The position numbers and the translations under genes are program-made. DNA of 61,725 bases, counting the filler, from Bipalium vagum (lineage: Eukaryota): NCBI GenBank assembly GCA_037834085.1. It is 3 parts of 3 records of this genome, joined end to end, with 100 filler letters (N's around TTAATTAATTAA, not from the genome) between each part and the next. Parts side by side here need not be neighbours in the genome. Positions count along the whole stretch, not along the records: positions 23,957 to 41,496 come from JBBMKC010061449.1; 2 more parts are not named here. One strand, 5' to 3'. Shown piece by piece: positions 25,069 through 37,060 of the stretch. Numbering within the stretch: position 1 is the first letter of the stretch; each line of letters begins with the position of its first letter. The notes under the pieces were generated by a model. That model was not told the DNA's origin. It ran no database searches and saw only the letters and a list, made by a program, of their open reading frames with translations.

Positions 25069-26754
25069 GGGTGTCATGGTTCTCCAAACGATTTGAGTTA
25101 CATAATAAATTTTTGATCTGACCTTGTCTTTTTATCAAGTGAGAATCGTATTCGGTAGCCATAAATAAATAATAAATAGATAATTAAAATTATTTAATTA
25201 ATAAACTGATAATAAAATATATTTTTTTATTATTATAATTAATCATTTTAAATTATAATAATGTTATAACATAATAGTTATATTCCTCAGCTGTCATTTG
25301 TTTGAAATAATAAGATTATACCGAATTTAAATATTATTATATTTAAATATTATTAATATACCATAAAAAGATATTATACGATACAGTAGAAAATAAGACA
25401 ACACGATATTTCCTAACCCTTATTTTCCTTTTGCTCTCATAATATTGAGCCTTAGTATTTCAGGCTACTCAGGCAATAAGTGTTAGGGATAAGGAACATT
25501 CCTTGGAAGACTATATCATCCAATATACCGTGAGCAGTGGATATTGAATTGTTTCATCTACCTTGGTCCGTTCAGGAGATCTCCATACTTAATCTAGTTC
25601 TCGTCCCATGAGCCTTGGAAAGTCAAACTACTCATGACATATATTGATCTCGGTATAAAATTATCATGAGCCTTGATAATTTTAAGTGTTTAATATATTC
25701 AGATATTTACAAATTATCAAAAAAAGGAAAGAAAGAAAATAAATAAAGCTTTAGAGTAGTATTTTTACTTTTATTAATTAGATATTTATAAGTTAAAAAC
25801 ATTATTTAGGAAGATTTAAAGATAATAATTAATGATTATTTATATAATAGTGATAGTAGTACTTAATATAGTATATATAATGATAATAGAGATAGAATAC
25901 TGTTAATTATAAGCTAAAAAGGATTTTTTAAAATTAATTGGATATATTATATAACATGTAATAGTGATATTAGTACTTAATATAATATATATTGTGATAG
26001 TAAAGATAAAAATTACTGTAAAGTATTATTGGTATATTTAAGTCTTTTAACCATCATTATAATATTGTTGTAATTAATATTTTTGGAGTTGATTAAAGAA
26101 TAAATTATTTATCAATTTATTTATGCCATTAAGGATTTTCTAAGATTATAAGAGGTTAAGAATTGATTAAAGTGATTGATTAAATTACAAATTTCATTGA
26201 AAGTGGATTTATTATAGTTGAGGTGCCTGAAAAACTTTTGTTTTAAATAACTATTTAAATCAATTAATTAACTTAATTTAATTAATTTAAAATTTTAAAA
26301 TTTAATTTTAAAATACATGAATAATATGGTAATTTGGGTAATATTATATGAAATAGAATGTTAAAGTTTTACATTTTAGATATTTCCATCCATATATGAA
26401 TTGAAGACAATTTTTTTTAATGAAAATCAGTGTATCACGTTTTTGTGGGATCAAAATATTTTTGAATATATCAATTTTGTGCCAAATCTTTAAAACTGAA
26501 AATGATAAAATGGTTTTTGAAGATGTACAAATTAAAAATGCTACAAGACATTTATATCAACTAGAAAGAACTCAATTTTCGCATGTCACAGAACTAAGGG
26601 TTCAAAAATGTTGATAATGGCATACATTTGGCTTTAAAAAACCTCTACGACATCAATTACAGTACAAACCAGTTGCAGTCCAAGTACAGATATCTGTTAT
26701 TCAGCTTATTCTGTTCGCCTTTCACCATTTTTATGTCCATGTGTAACTAGGGTA

Positions 26755-27058
26755 ATTTTGAAATCTATCTCCGGAAGATTTTGATCATTCAAAAAGATCA
26801 CAATTGAATGAAGATAGGGAAGTTCATTTAGCATTTCAAGACTTTTCCTTAACAAGCTATATCTTTTAAATGATAGTACGACCAAAGTAAACTGCTCATA
26901 GACATGGTTTTCTACAAGGCTGTGCATAATTTCCGTTCCTGCTTCATTTTTAGAATGATTGATTCCATAAAAACCATGACTCGAAAATCCTCGCAGAACG
27001 GAATCAGTGGCAACACGGGATTCAATTTGATTAATTGCCGTTGACTGTTTTCCATTGT
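26755..27058 (-). pseudogene. EXTL3: Isolated fragment of an EXTL3-like glycosyltransferase (start of the GT64 domain)
   Basis: ...GFYGINHSKNEAGTEIMHSLVENHVYEQFTLVVLSFKR..LLRKSLEMLNELPYLHSIVIFLN parallels EXTL3 [52 protein letters not shown]. No other exons recognised. Confidence 0.75.
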
Positions 27059-27319
27059 GAGATTATCGGAATTTCAATGAGACAGAATCAGGCAGAACTA
27101 CGTAAGACAATACGATGATTATTACAATAACAATATAAGACTGATTTTTAAAAAAACATTTTCTTTATAAACACTCATGATTTTGGGCTCTAAAGAGGAT
27201 CTTATTTCGTTCTCTAAATCTAAAAAAATTAATTTTCCTAATAATATTAAAATTTGCAAAATTTAACTTACAAAAATTAATCTATATAAATAAAAGGTGA
27301 CCCTGAAAAAATCAGGGAA

Positions 27320-28684
27320 ATGCCGATGGCATAAAGGATTCAAATACTTCCTTCGTGTTCTGATTGAACTTACATTGGATCGAGTATGTTTTCTTGCCTA
27401 TATTTAGCGATTTCATAATCGGCTTTTCCTGCTTCTCTTTTACCTGCAATCTCCATTTCTGAATTGCCGAGGCAAAACTTTTTGGAAGATGCTGGGCTCC
27501 AGTTTGAGATTTTGTTGCGAATTACTGAGATATTTTATGACTTTCGTCAATATCTCTAGTAGTCCCAACTCACTTTCATGACAGTTTCCTGTCATGGGGT
27601 CCAGCAGATATGCAACACAAGAAGATTTGTCGGCCAGAAAAATCAATCAGTGATCCGCATTCCAGTGGACAGGCCAGACTATTTTCTGCCAGTCAAAGAG
27701 ACTAGCAAAGGGGAATAGACGATAGAATTCTCCCAGCTATTTATTTAAGCTGTGGCCGGTCCGGGTTGAATATGGGTGATATTGTCAATATCCTCTAAAT
27801 TTGCCCGGATGAAGACCTCTATCACCCTTCCTCCAAGTCATTCCATATTCTTATCTTCTTCTGTGACTACCATTTCTAGTAATGGGGCAGTAAAAGAAGA
27901 TGGCTTGCTTGGATGCATTCTGATGCGATTCCAAATGATGAAAAAACACATCTCTCTTTAGGATCATCCCACATAGGCACTGATACATTGTCTCAGCCTT
28001 GGGTGTGAATTGATGAGTATTAATCATGTGTTTATCATGATTAATGCTCTTTCTTGCCCTGACTTGATACTCTTTAGTGCATTTAGTGCTTAAGTTTCGA
28101 TATCGCTTTAGCCACAACGTCGTTCTCGCCTTCCCCGGCTAAGAATTCGATGAATCCATAGTCCACACAAGAGGAGGAGTTTGACGATCCGTCGGATATT
28201 AAGTCAGAAGATTTTTCGAAATCCTCCTCAAAAATCCCAGATAGGTTACCAGCGGATAGGATCTTTGGATCTTTGACATGATCTTCCAGATTACCCTGTC
28301 CTATAGTCGTCCACCTTTTCTGACTACCAGTATTTCCGTCATTGACCGCTCCACAGGTTTTAGAGGATCTTTTCGTCCTTTTTACGGGACTACCGAAAAA
28401 AGGACTTTTTATAGCACCCCCATCGGTATCCGAGTTATTTGTCGTCTCTTTTACAGGACTCCCGAATGTTTTGTCTCCATCGGTGTTGGAGTGTGATGAT
28501 AACCCATCAAAAAGGTCTGAGTCATCAGCCCTAATAATAAAAATATATTTAATTATGTTTTTATTTAAATTATTAGAATCTATTTCTCCTATAGTGTCGG
28601 TTACTGGGTGCTCACTAGCTTTAGGTCTCTTCTTATTGCTATTAGGTTTAATGTTATTATCTACACTGGTATTTTGAGTAAGTC

Positions 28685-28744
<60 letters not shown>

Positions 28745-28960
28745 CATAATCATTATTATCATAATCATTATTATCATAATCATTATTATTATTATTGTTT
28801 TGGTTGTTAATATTATCACTAATGATGTTGGTGTTGTAATTTTCTTCCTCCTCAGTTTCGGTAGATTTCTGTTCTCTAGCAGAAAGGTCAGTCAGTTTTT
28901 CTACGTGCTGATTATCTCCCTGATTGAATTGTTCAGATTCTTCGTCGGCTGTGGTTTCAT
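27320..28960 (-). mobile_element. N-terminal part of a NeSL-group non-LTR retrotransposon: low-complexity region, Zn-finger motifs and a Ulp1/C48 cysteine protease; RT missing
   Basis: The minus strand reads an Asn-rich spacer, then YQCLCGMILKRDVFFHHLESH, then KIVWPVHWNADH*LIFLAD..AYLLDPM and PRQFRNGDC (Ulp1 His/Asp/Gln/Cys motifs), then a pre-RT-like IQCKFNQNTKEVF. Confidence 0.65.
28686..28797. repeat. (ATT)n/(ATCATAATCATT)n compound microsatellite
   Basis: Visible tandem repeat; encodes poly-N/NDYD on the minus strand. Confidence 0.95.
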
Positions 28961-29004
28961 AGAAATGAAAATTTATTTGAAAAATCTAAAGTTTTTTTAA
29001 TGAA

Positions 29005-29160
29005 AAAAGTACAGAATTAGAAATTTAACTTCTTAAAGAATTTAAAATACCTAAAAAAATTTTAAAATTCAAAGTTAATAATAAAGATGATATTTGGAGT
29101 GCAGATTTAACATTTGTACCAGGAGAAAGAGATAATAAAAATACTAACAATTATTTATTT
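29005..29160 (+). mobile_element. Polinton/Maverick-type retroviral-like integrase fragment
   Basis: LLKEFKIPKKILKFKVNNKDDIWSADLTFVP matches the Polinton integrase ELHKP..K.F.RRKV...DDIW.ADL motif. Confidence 0.7.
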
Positions 29161-29164
29161 ATAC

Positions 29165-30400
29165 CAATGTTGGCATACCGGTAAAAAATGTAACGTTAGA
29201 GGTTTTTTATATACAAAATTAAATGCCGTTATTGATACTATTATCGGTATAATAAACCTTTAAATAATTACGCTTTTCCAATACTGCATTACGGTAAAAT
29301 ATTTATGTATTATTTTAAGTTTTATATAATAAAAATCACATAAAATAATTAAAAATAGGAAATATAAAGCAAAAGAATATTAAATATTAATATTATATTT
29401 GATTATATTACAAGACAGAAAATATTTTAATTACCATCTTTATCTGAGTAGTGCTGCGCAATTAATAACAGAGAATCTTCAAGAAATAAATCTTCCATTT
29501 TATTTTTTCTATCTGATAGGATCCATTTCAAAATAGAAAATAATCCGTCCAAAGAAACTTTTGTTCCTGGTACGACAAGTAGTACTTTCGCAATTTTAAC
29601 TAAGATTTCATTTTTTTCCAGGCTAATTTCAATAATTTAAAATATCAATAGTATCATTTATTGAATGAATTTCTATTGATTTGATATTGATTTTCTTTAT
29701 AGAAGATAGGTTTATATAAATAAACAATAGATTTGCGTTTCTTTTTCAAAAAAGAAATTAAAATATTCTTGGAATTAATTAGCAGTTTTACTAGGCACAT
29801 CCAGATTTTCTTTCAAGTTTGAAGGCGTTGAAGATCGTTGTTTTTCACGATTGTGATAAATTGGTCATTATTGAAATTTAATGTAGAGTGACTTTAAGGT
29901 TTCTGTTACCAATATTTTGCAATAACCCAGGACGGGATATAGTATTGCGAACCCATTAAAAATTTCCTGGACAGCGTTTGCAATTTTCTGACTTTGATTA
30001 AAATAAGGGGATGGAAATAGTATTATTGATCAAGTTGAAATGACATATCAAAACTGTTAGATTTAAATGAAATAAAATGATGTTTTATAAACTTTACTGT
30101 AATTTTGATTAGCAGAAAAAGATCTTTCAAATAAATATTTTTGGTAATAATTAATAAATATGATACTGTAAAACAAAACCATAAAATAATAATATAGCGA
30201 ACCTAATGCTTCTTGAGATATTTTTCTTATTCATATTTTATAAAAGCCTATGATTTATAAATTAAAACATATTTTTTTCATAATAAAAGGATTATTTTCA
30301 CAGTAAAGAATTAATATTTAACAATTAAAAAGGTTGAGTAAAATAATTTTTTTTTCACAGTAACACAGTAAGAAAGATTATTGTCACGGTAATTTGTACC
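29165..30400 (-). mobile_element. hAT transposon remnant (C-terminal dimerisation domain)
   Basis: The minus strand at ~29440-29620 reads ILVKIAKVLLVVPGTKVSLDGLFSILKWILSDRKNKMEDLFLEDSLLL. caatgttggcataccggtaa is a TIR-like end. Far boundary approximate. Confidence 0.7.
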
Positions 30401-31084
30401 ATAATAAAAATAAAAGCACCTTAGAAGAAGCTAAATAATGTGATCAAAATTTTATTCAATCTATAATAAGTGCTTTATTATTTGATGAGGTCGGCCAAAT
30501 TTTTTATTACCCAAATTGTACTACATTTAGCTTCTAATTGTGACTTAACATATTTTAAATAAATGGCCATACCAAATAAATATTTACGTTGCATCTTTTT
30601 AAAACAATTCCGGTAATTTCAAGTACCATAAATCTATTTTTCCTGGATGTATTTTTTCGGTAATTCAATCTTCCATATCGTTCTCCAATCTTCTGGTTTT
30701 GAACTTTTACCTAATATATTATAAGTGCCTATCGAGACATGGAAACATATAAACATTTCAGTTGCCTTACTAATACCTTTTTTATTTTCTTTGACCCATC
30801 TACAAACAACTATCCAAGTATATATGTAATAGATGGGCATTTTGAAATTTTATTGAATTTATTTGCATATTCCATTGACCTTCTTTTTACCATCTCTAAT
30901 CAAAAAAATTGATTCAGAGGTAAGTCATGATCATGTTCCTTATCACTTTTGAACATCTGAATCTTTGAGATGGTAGCTTCATAAAATAAAAACAGAGGCA
31001 GAATACTGCGTACCTTTATATAATGGGTACAAATAAATAATGTGGAATTTTTTAAATAACCGAAGCATGGTAATTTCTAAAAAA

Positions 31085-31870
31085 ACATAAAAAATAATGG
31101 CTATTGTTATCCACACATTTCTTCAATTTTTCAGTCAATTTATGGATGTCATTCCAAAAAACTTTTCTGATTTTGAGGCGAACCATCCAGAGACCCAATT
31201 TCTTCGAGTGATTTCAAGTGTTGCTCAGTTAGTCTTGTGTCATTGAACGAACAGGTGAAAATCGGAAGGACCAAGATCGGATAAATACAGCGGGTGGGTG
31301 AGTACTTCCTATTTCATATCTTTTAACATCCTTTTAACTGCTTTAGAAGTGTGAGTCATTGAGTTGTCGTGTAGAAGAATTACTTGGCCATGTTTATTGA
31401 CCCATTCTGAACGTTTAATTATTAAAGATTGATTCAGCTGGAATATTTGGTTTTCACCTGATTTGAGAAGCTCATGGTACACCAGGCCTTGTTGATCCCA
31501 CCAAACACAGAGCATTGTTTTCTTTCCAAAGCGGTCTGGTCTTGCAATTTGTTTTGAGGGTTGACTTAGGTTAACCTATGCTTTCGTACGTTTGCTCATA
31601 TCTCTTTTCAATAGTTAATGGACGACTTTCTTACGTGCCGTTGATGATACACCCATTTTCCTTCATTTAAAATCTTACCCATATCATGTAAGCGCGATCG
31701 CTTATTGCTTGCTGGGTAACACCTAATCTTATGGCAAGTTGTTTTTGCGATTGACAGGCAATTTCATGCAAAAAATTTTGTAAATCATGGTTTTCAATTT
31801 TTGACGGACGGCCTGGGCGTTCTTTATCCTTTACACTGATATCATTACTTCTGAAACGGTGAAATCAACT
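31085..31870 (-). mobile_element. Degenerate mariner (DD34D) transposase
   Basis: RPGRP, MLCVWWDQQGLVYHELLK, LLHDN, HPLYLSDLGPSDFHLF; many indels. Confidence 0.9.
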
Positions 31871-32188
31871 TTTAACTTTGAAAATAAATTAGATCTGTGA
31901 AATTAATTTTTAGCTCTTAAAATAGTCTTTGTCAATGAGAATTCATAATTTTTTTAATAATTCATATATTTTTAAAAAAAATTTCAAATACTATAAACTT
32001 TAAACATCAATTATCATAAAGATATATTATATAATATTATAATATATTATTATTATTATATTATATAATATTATATATATATATATATTATATAATATAA
32101 ATATTTCTTATTATATATTATTAAATCATTATGTATAATATAATATAATATTACTGAATGGATCATTCAATTGCAAGATTGTTATCCT

Positions 32189-33180
32189 ATGTCGGTTTTA
32201 GTAGCCAAACAGAGTAAACGACCATATAAAATAATTGATGATGAAAAAAGGTGTATCGTAAAAGCTTTAGATGATTGCACAGTGAGTAGAAAACAAGCAG
32301 CTCTCTCATTCAATGTGAATTACCAGACCATATGTTGAATTTATCGAAAGTATTGTAAAGAAAATATGGTTAAAAATGTAAACGAGCTGGGAAAAAACCG
32401 ATGAAATTGGATGATACGTACATAAAATTTATCAAATCTGATGTCGAAGAAAACTGTGCTTTAACCTTGAAAGCATTTAAAATTTTAATAATCGAAAATA
32501 TTGCTATTAATGTGGGTCTCTCTACAATTGAGAGGCCAGTAGAAAATTTCGGATTTAGTTTCAAAAGAATATCAATAGTAACATTGAAATCCATTTCAGT
32601 TGATATGAAAGAAAAGTGAGTGTCGTATGCTTGTTAGTTTCTTAAGATTCGAAATGAAAATAGTAACATTCTCTTTTCTGATGAAACTGTTTTTTAAAGA
32701 TATAATGAAAAATTTATATGGAAGGTCGATTGTGGAGAAGAAAGCCATAAAATTGTACCAAGCTTAAAATCGAAAAATAAAACATTTATTGCAGCGAAGA
32801 CACATATGGGAATTGATTTTACACAAAGCTTTTTCTAATCGTACAAAATTGTTTTAATATATGGAAATATTGGTTTGAGAAGCGAGAGGAAAATGAAATG
32901 GAAAAGGATGGATAATGCTTCATTTTTCAAATGTAACGAAATAAGAAGCTTCATTGAAAATACTTTCTACCTATTTATAGTCCATTTTTCAACCCTTTTG
33001 AAAATCTCTTCTCACAATAAAAAATTTAGTGAAGAATTTTGAACATAATTCAGAAGTGGACTTATTTCATGTAATTAGCGTTTTAATTACATTTTATCAG
33101 AAGAACAATGGTTGAACTATTATTAAATGTGTGCAATAATTGTGTAGATTTTATAAATAGAAAAAAGTGGACGATAATTA
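32189..33180 (+). mobile_element. Degenerate IS630/Tc1-like transposase
   Basis: HTH N-terminus, GFSFKRI, ILFSDET, MDNASF and FLPIYSPFFNPFENLFSQ. Confidence 0.8.
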
Positions 33181-35459
33181 AATAAAGTCACTTTGATTAT
33201 TTCAAAAAATTTGAATTAACTAATGAAAATGTTGAATTCACAGTGGCAACGACTGCATCTGTTTTATTAACTTAATTTAATGAAGAATGAATTTAAAATT
33301 TTCACTATGCCTTTAAATTTCAGCGTTTATAAAATAAGTTTAATTCCATTAGTTTGATAGTAATTTAATTTTATATTAATAATTCCTTTTTATTAGTTTT
33401 TATCATAATATAAAAAATTATTCTCCTGTACCAAGTCTTCTTTTCAAAAACGATGAAGAAAATATATTAAAGGATGTTTAACTAGATTTATTTAGTGAAA
33501 AAATGATAAATCATTCAGTTCTCATATTTACTGTCCATGTTTCATGAAATGTATATTACTCTGCACCTCACAACTGTTCAGAGCTAAAATGGATTCAACT
33601 CATTTGGGTCATGTGGGTATTGATGTAAGAGATCTGTTTTATGTATTTTAACGAAGATTGAGAATAATGCTTATTTTATTCAGTACAATGACTTTTTGTA
33701 TTATAAATATTTGTAAATATATAATTACCGCATTATATATAATTTTCTCGATTCACTTATTCAATAAAGTCGAACTAATTTGTCTTATTAAAAAACTTCT
33801 GTCAATAACAAAGAGTAAAAATTGCCAACGGTTGAAATAGAACTGGAAACAATTTCAGGTTATTGGAGAGAAAATCTGTAAAATAAAATATTATGATAAT
33901 ATTATAGATATGTAATTTAATAATAATAATATATACCGATTATATAAAATTTGACATATTAAGGTTAGTTATATTTCCAACAACATTTAGTTTATCAGAC
34001 ATCGAATAAGGTGAACAAAGTCAAACGTGCACTTACACACTAATGGCGGTGGTGACGATCCTTCACAATGATAACATTCCCATAAATAAATATACACAAT
34101 GTGTAAAGTAAACAAAATGTTGGCATATTTAATTTGGTGAAAATGTTAACATTTATTCCAAACTCCAATGTTTATAGTTGTAGGCGTTTTTAGAGAATTT
34201 GAGGTAATTTTACTCTCAAAGTTACAATTCTGTAATATTTTATTATGCACAATGATATGGAAATATTTCTGAAAACTTAATTTTCAGTATTTCAATAACA
34301 AATCACAGTTTACATAAAATTATCAAAAAGTAAAAGAAGTAAATTATGTAAAAATGAAAAAATATTTTGTCAATACTGTAAAACCATTTTTCGAAATGAC
34401 TGAAGGTTTGGTCGGATATTTTTAATCGAAGTTTTAAAATTTAATATTGACTGTAAATTAAAATAGTCTTTTATTCAAATGTGTTTGTTTGAATAATGCT
34501 CATATTTCGGTAATGAGTTATCAAGTCTGTTGATGATGATAATAGATAATATGAAAATATCAATGACAAACGATCGTCTTAAACTTTTCTGAAAATATAT
34601 CGCTTTCACATTCAAGGTATTTTACAATAAAAGATTTGCTTACCAAATATAGATAATAAGAAAAATGAACAATTTGCAACGAAAGCCGATGGGTATGTTT
34701 GGATATAAATAAAAGAAAAATAGGCTTAATAAAGCTTGTTTCCATATATAGTAGAATCGAAGATTGAGAAAATTAAAGGCCTCAACAAGTAGAACTTGTC
34801 ATGTTAATTTGACAATTCAAGAACCCGGTCGTATCAAATAAGCACTACCAAGACATGAAGTCACACGAAAGAACTGATGTTCATTAAATTAGAGACGATC
34901 AAAATATATAAAATAGGACTCGATATCTTTCTGAGCAAAATGAGTTATGAAAATTAGTGTTGATGGTAAAATATCTTATCATAGGCCAGAACTAAAAAAC
35001 ATTTATTTTATAATATATGTAATTTATAAACGAAAACCAATTTAGATTTAACAAAAATAATAAATTTGTCAAAACATTGGAATTGTACATTATTTCGTTC
35101 AATCAATTTACATAACAAAGATTTTTAACGCTACTTAAGTCTAATCAAAAAAGGTATACCAAAGATTAAACCAACCGCCTGTTGTAACAGAAATTTTTAG
35201 AGAGCTTTGAACGTCTCACGTCATCTGGTCATATCTCGTTTATATTTCTAGAAATAATGACTGTAATTTGTCTTATTTTTTCTTTCATTCAAACTGTGTA
35301 TTTATCCTCAATATTTGTAAAATTGCCCTATTTAAACGTATCCAAATTTTAAAAATGTTAACTCATAATTCATTGATGCTCAAGGTTTGGATTTTATTAT
35401 TATTATTTTGGATTTTGAAATTTGTCTTTTTCCTGAATCCGAAGACCAAAAAATGAAAT

Positions 35460-36219
35460 CATTTGGAAATTGTCAAAAGATGTTTTATCTGTCTTTTCCT
35501 TAAAAATTTGAAGCCAAAAACCATTCGAAAAATCTGTGATTGGAATTTTTGTAATAATAATAATAATACGATAAAAAGATTTCGGATATTTTTGTTTCGA
35601 TTTGTTCATGAGGTTATACCATTTAGTAATATTATGTGTAGTCTGGAGAGACTCAGATATGACACCAAGAGGCATGTCAAATTCTCTACTCATTCGCGAT
35701 AAGAATATTACGGATTGCTATTTTTAAATTCAATAACTTTTTTCTTGTCTTCTTTAGAATAAATTCTTCTTTTTAAAGCATTGTTGTTATTCATTATTTT
35801 GTTACGCTATTGAATTACTATGAATCTTGTCGTAACACTTAATTATAATTATTATTTTGAGTATTATTATTATTTTACTTCTGACCTTTTGCGGTCCTAA
35901 TTAATTAATTTATAAAAATTATAAATATTCTAGACCCTTTTGAGGTCTTTAAAATAAAAATTTTAAAAAGGTTAACAGAGATGTGTCCATGTCTGACCCA
36001 ACAATTTTCTAAAATTAAAATTTATTATTTTTAAAAATCGAATATTTAAACAAATATTTTAATGTGTTAGTTATACTTGAATTTCTTTTTTCGTTCGTTT
36101 AGACAGGGTTCCTTAATTAAAGGAAATTTTTCATTTGGGTAGATTGGAGTATTAAGATTCGTTCGTTATTAAGAAGTGAATCGTTAAATAGAGTTCGCTA
36201 ATTAGAGGCTTACTTGTAT
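35460..36219 (-). mobile_element. pogo/Tigger-type element 5' portion (CENP-B-type HTH domains plus terminal sequence)
   Basis: The minus strand reads KRRIYSKEDKKKVIEFKNSNP..SREFDMPLGVISE..KYPK..IPITD..SNGFWLQIFK; tacaagtaagcctc-type terminus at ~36219. Confidence 0.6.
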
Positions 36220-36277
36220 TTATGGAGAAAGAGACATCATAGACATTAAATGATTGGTAATAATGTTCACTAACTAG

Positions 36278-37060
36278 TGTATCAAACGTTAAACCTGATT
36301 CCAACTCTTAGGTGGTGCAAAAGTAATAACAATCAGTAAAGCAAAACTTGTATTTATAACACAAACTTTACACAAAATCACAGTGATAACAATTACACAA
36401 AAATCGTCAAACTCAAGGATCACAATAAGATCTGAAATGTCTGCAATTGTCTTTATCAATCAAGCACAAAAGGTTTACCAAGTAAAACAAAATAAAAACT
36501 TAAATGATTCAATAGTCGGATTATAATAATAATTAATTAATAATTATATTAATAATAAAGAAAATTGTTAAGATAATGCAAGAAGAAAATAAAATAAACG
36601 AGCTTACAGGCTAGCTTCGTTTAAGCTTCCCGGACTATTAGTTTAGCCTTTACAGTTTCTCAGAAATAGCCTTCTGGTGGGGAACTCAAACACACTCACA
36701 GGACTGAATGCATTAAAAAATACACTTGAAGTTTATGCTTTGCGGTAATCAGCTTCTTATCGTTTCTCCAATAAACTTTGATTCACTCTTCGTCTCGAAA
36801 TCAGTATCAACCAGGATCTCTCTCTCTTCGTCTTTGTTTACAAAATAAAGTAACAGTCGTCATCTTCGAAATCAATTAACGATCAAGTAACAACCTTCGT
36901 CTTGATTAGTTGTTGTTTGGCGAATTTATAGAGAAATCCTTCTCCTTATATAGTATTTTGCTCGACGACTAATCAGTCGTAGACCAATTTTATTAATGGG
37001 AAATGTCAACTCCCCTTTTAGGATCATTAATCCTAAATCGGTTCCTCCTTGCGGACCCTG
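36278..37060 (-). repeat. LTR-like dispersed repeat, copy 2
   Basis: Diverged homolog of 4536-5340, sharing the tgtatcaaa terminus and internal blocks. Confidence 0.55.

Noticed and set aside
25262-25956. TGTTATA...TATAACA-bounded segment resembling a solo LTR, with a ~115-bp tandem duplication near its end
   Set aside because: No TSD, no second copy in the window, and the termini are low-complexity
27065-27115. RQNQAELR peptide resembling a Helitron Rep motif
   Set aside because: Too short, not conserved in the second copy (RQNQTEFS), and no other Rep/helicase motifs nearby
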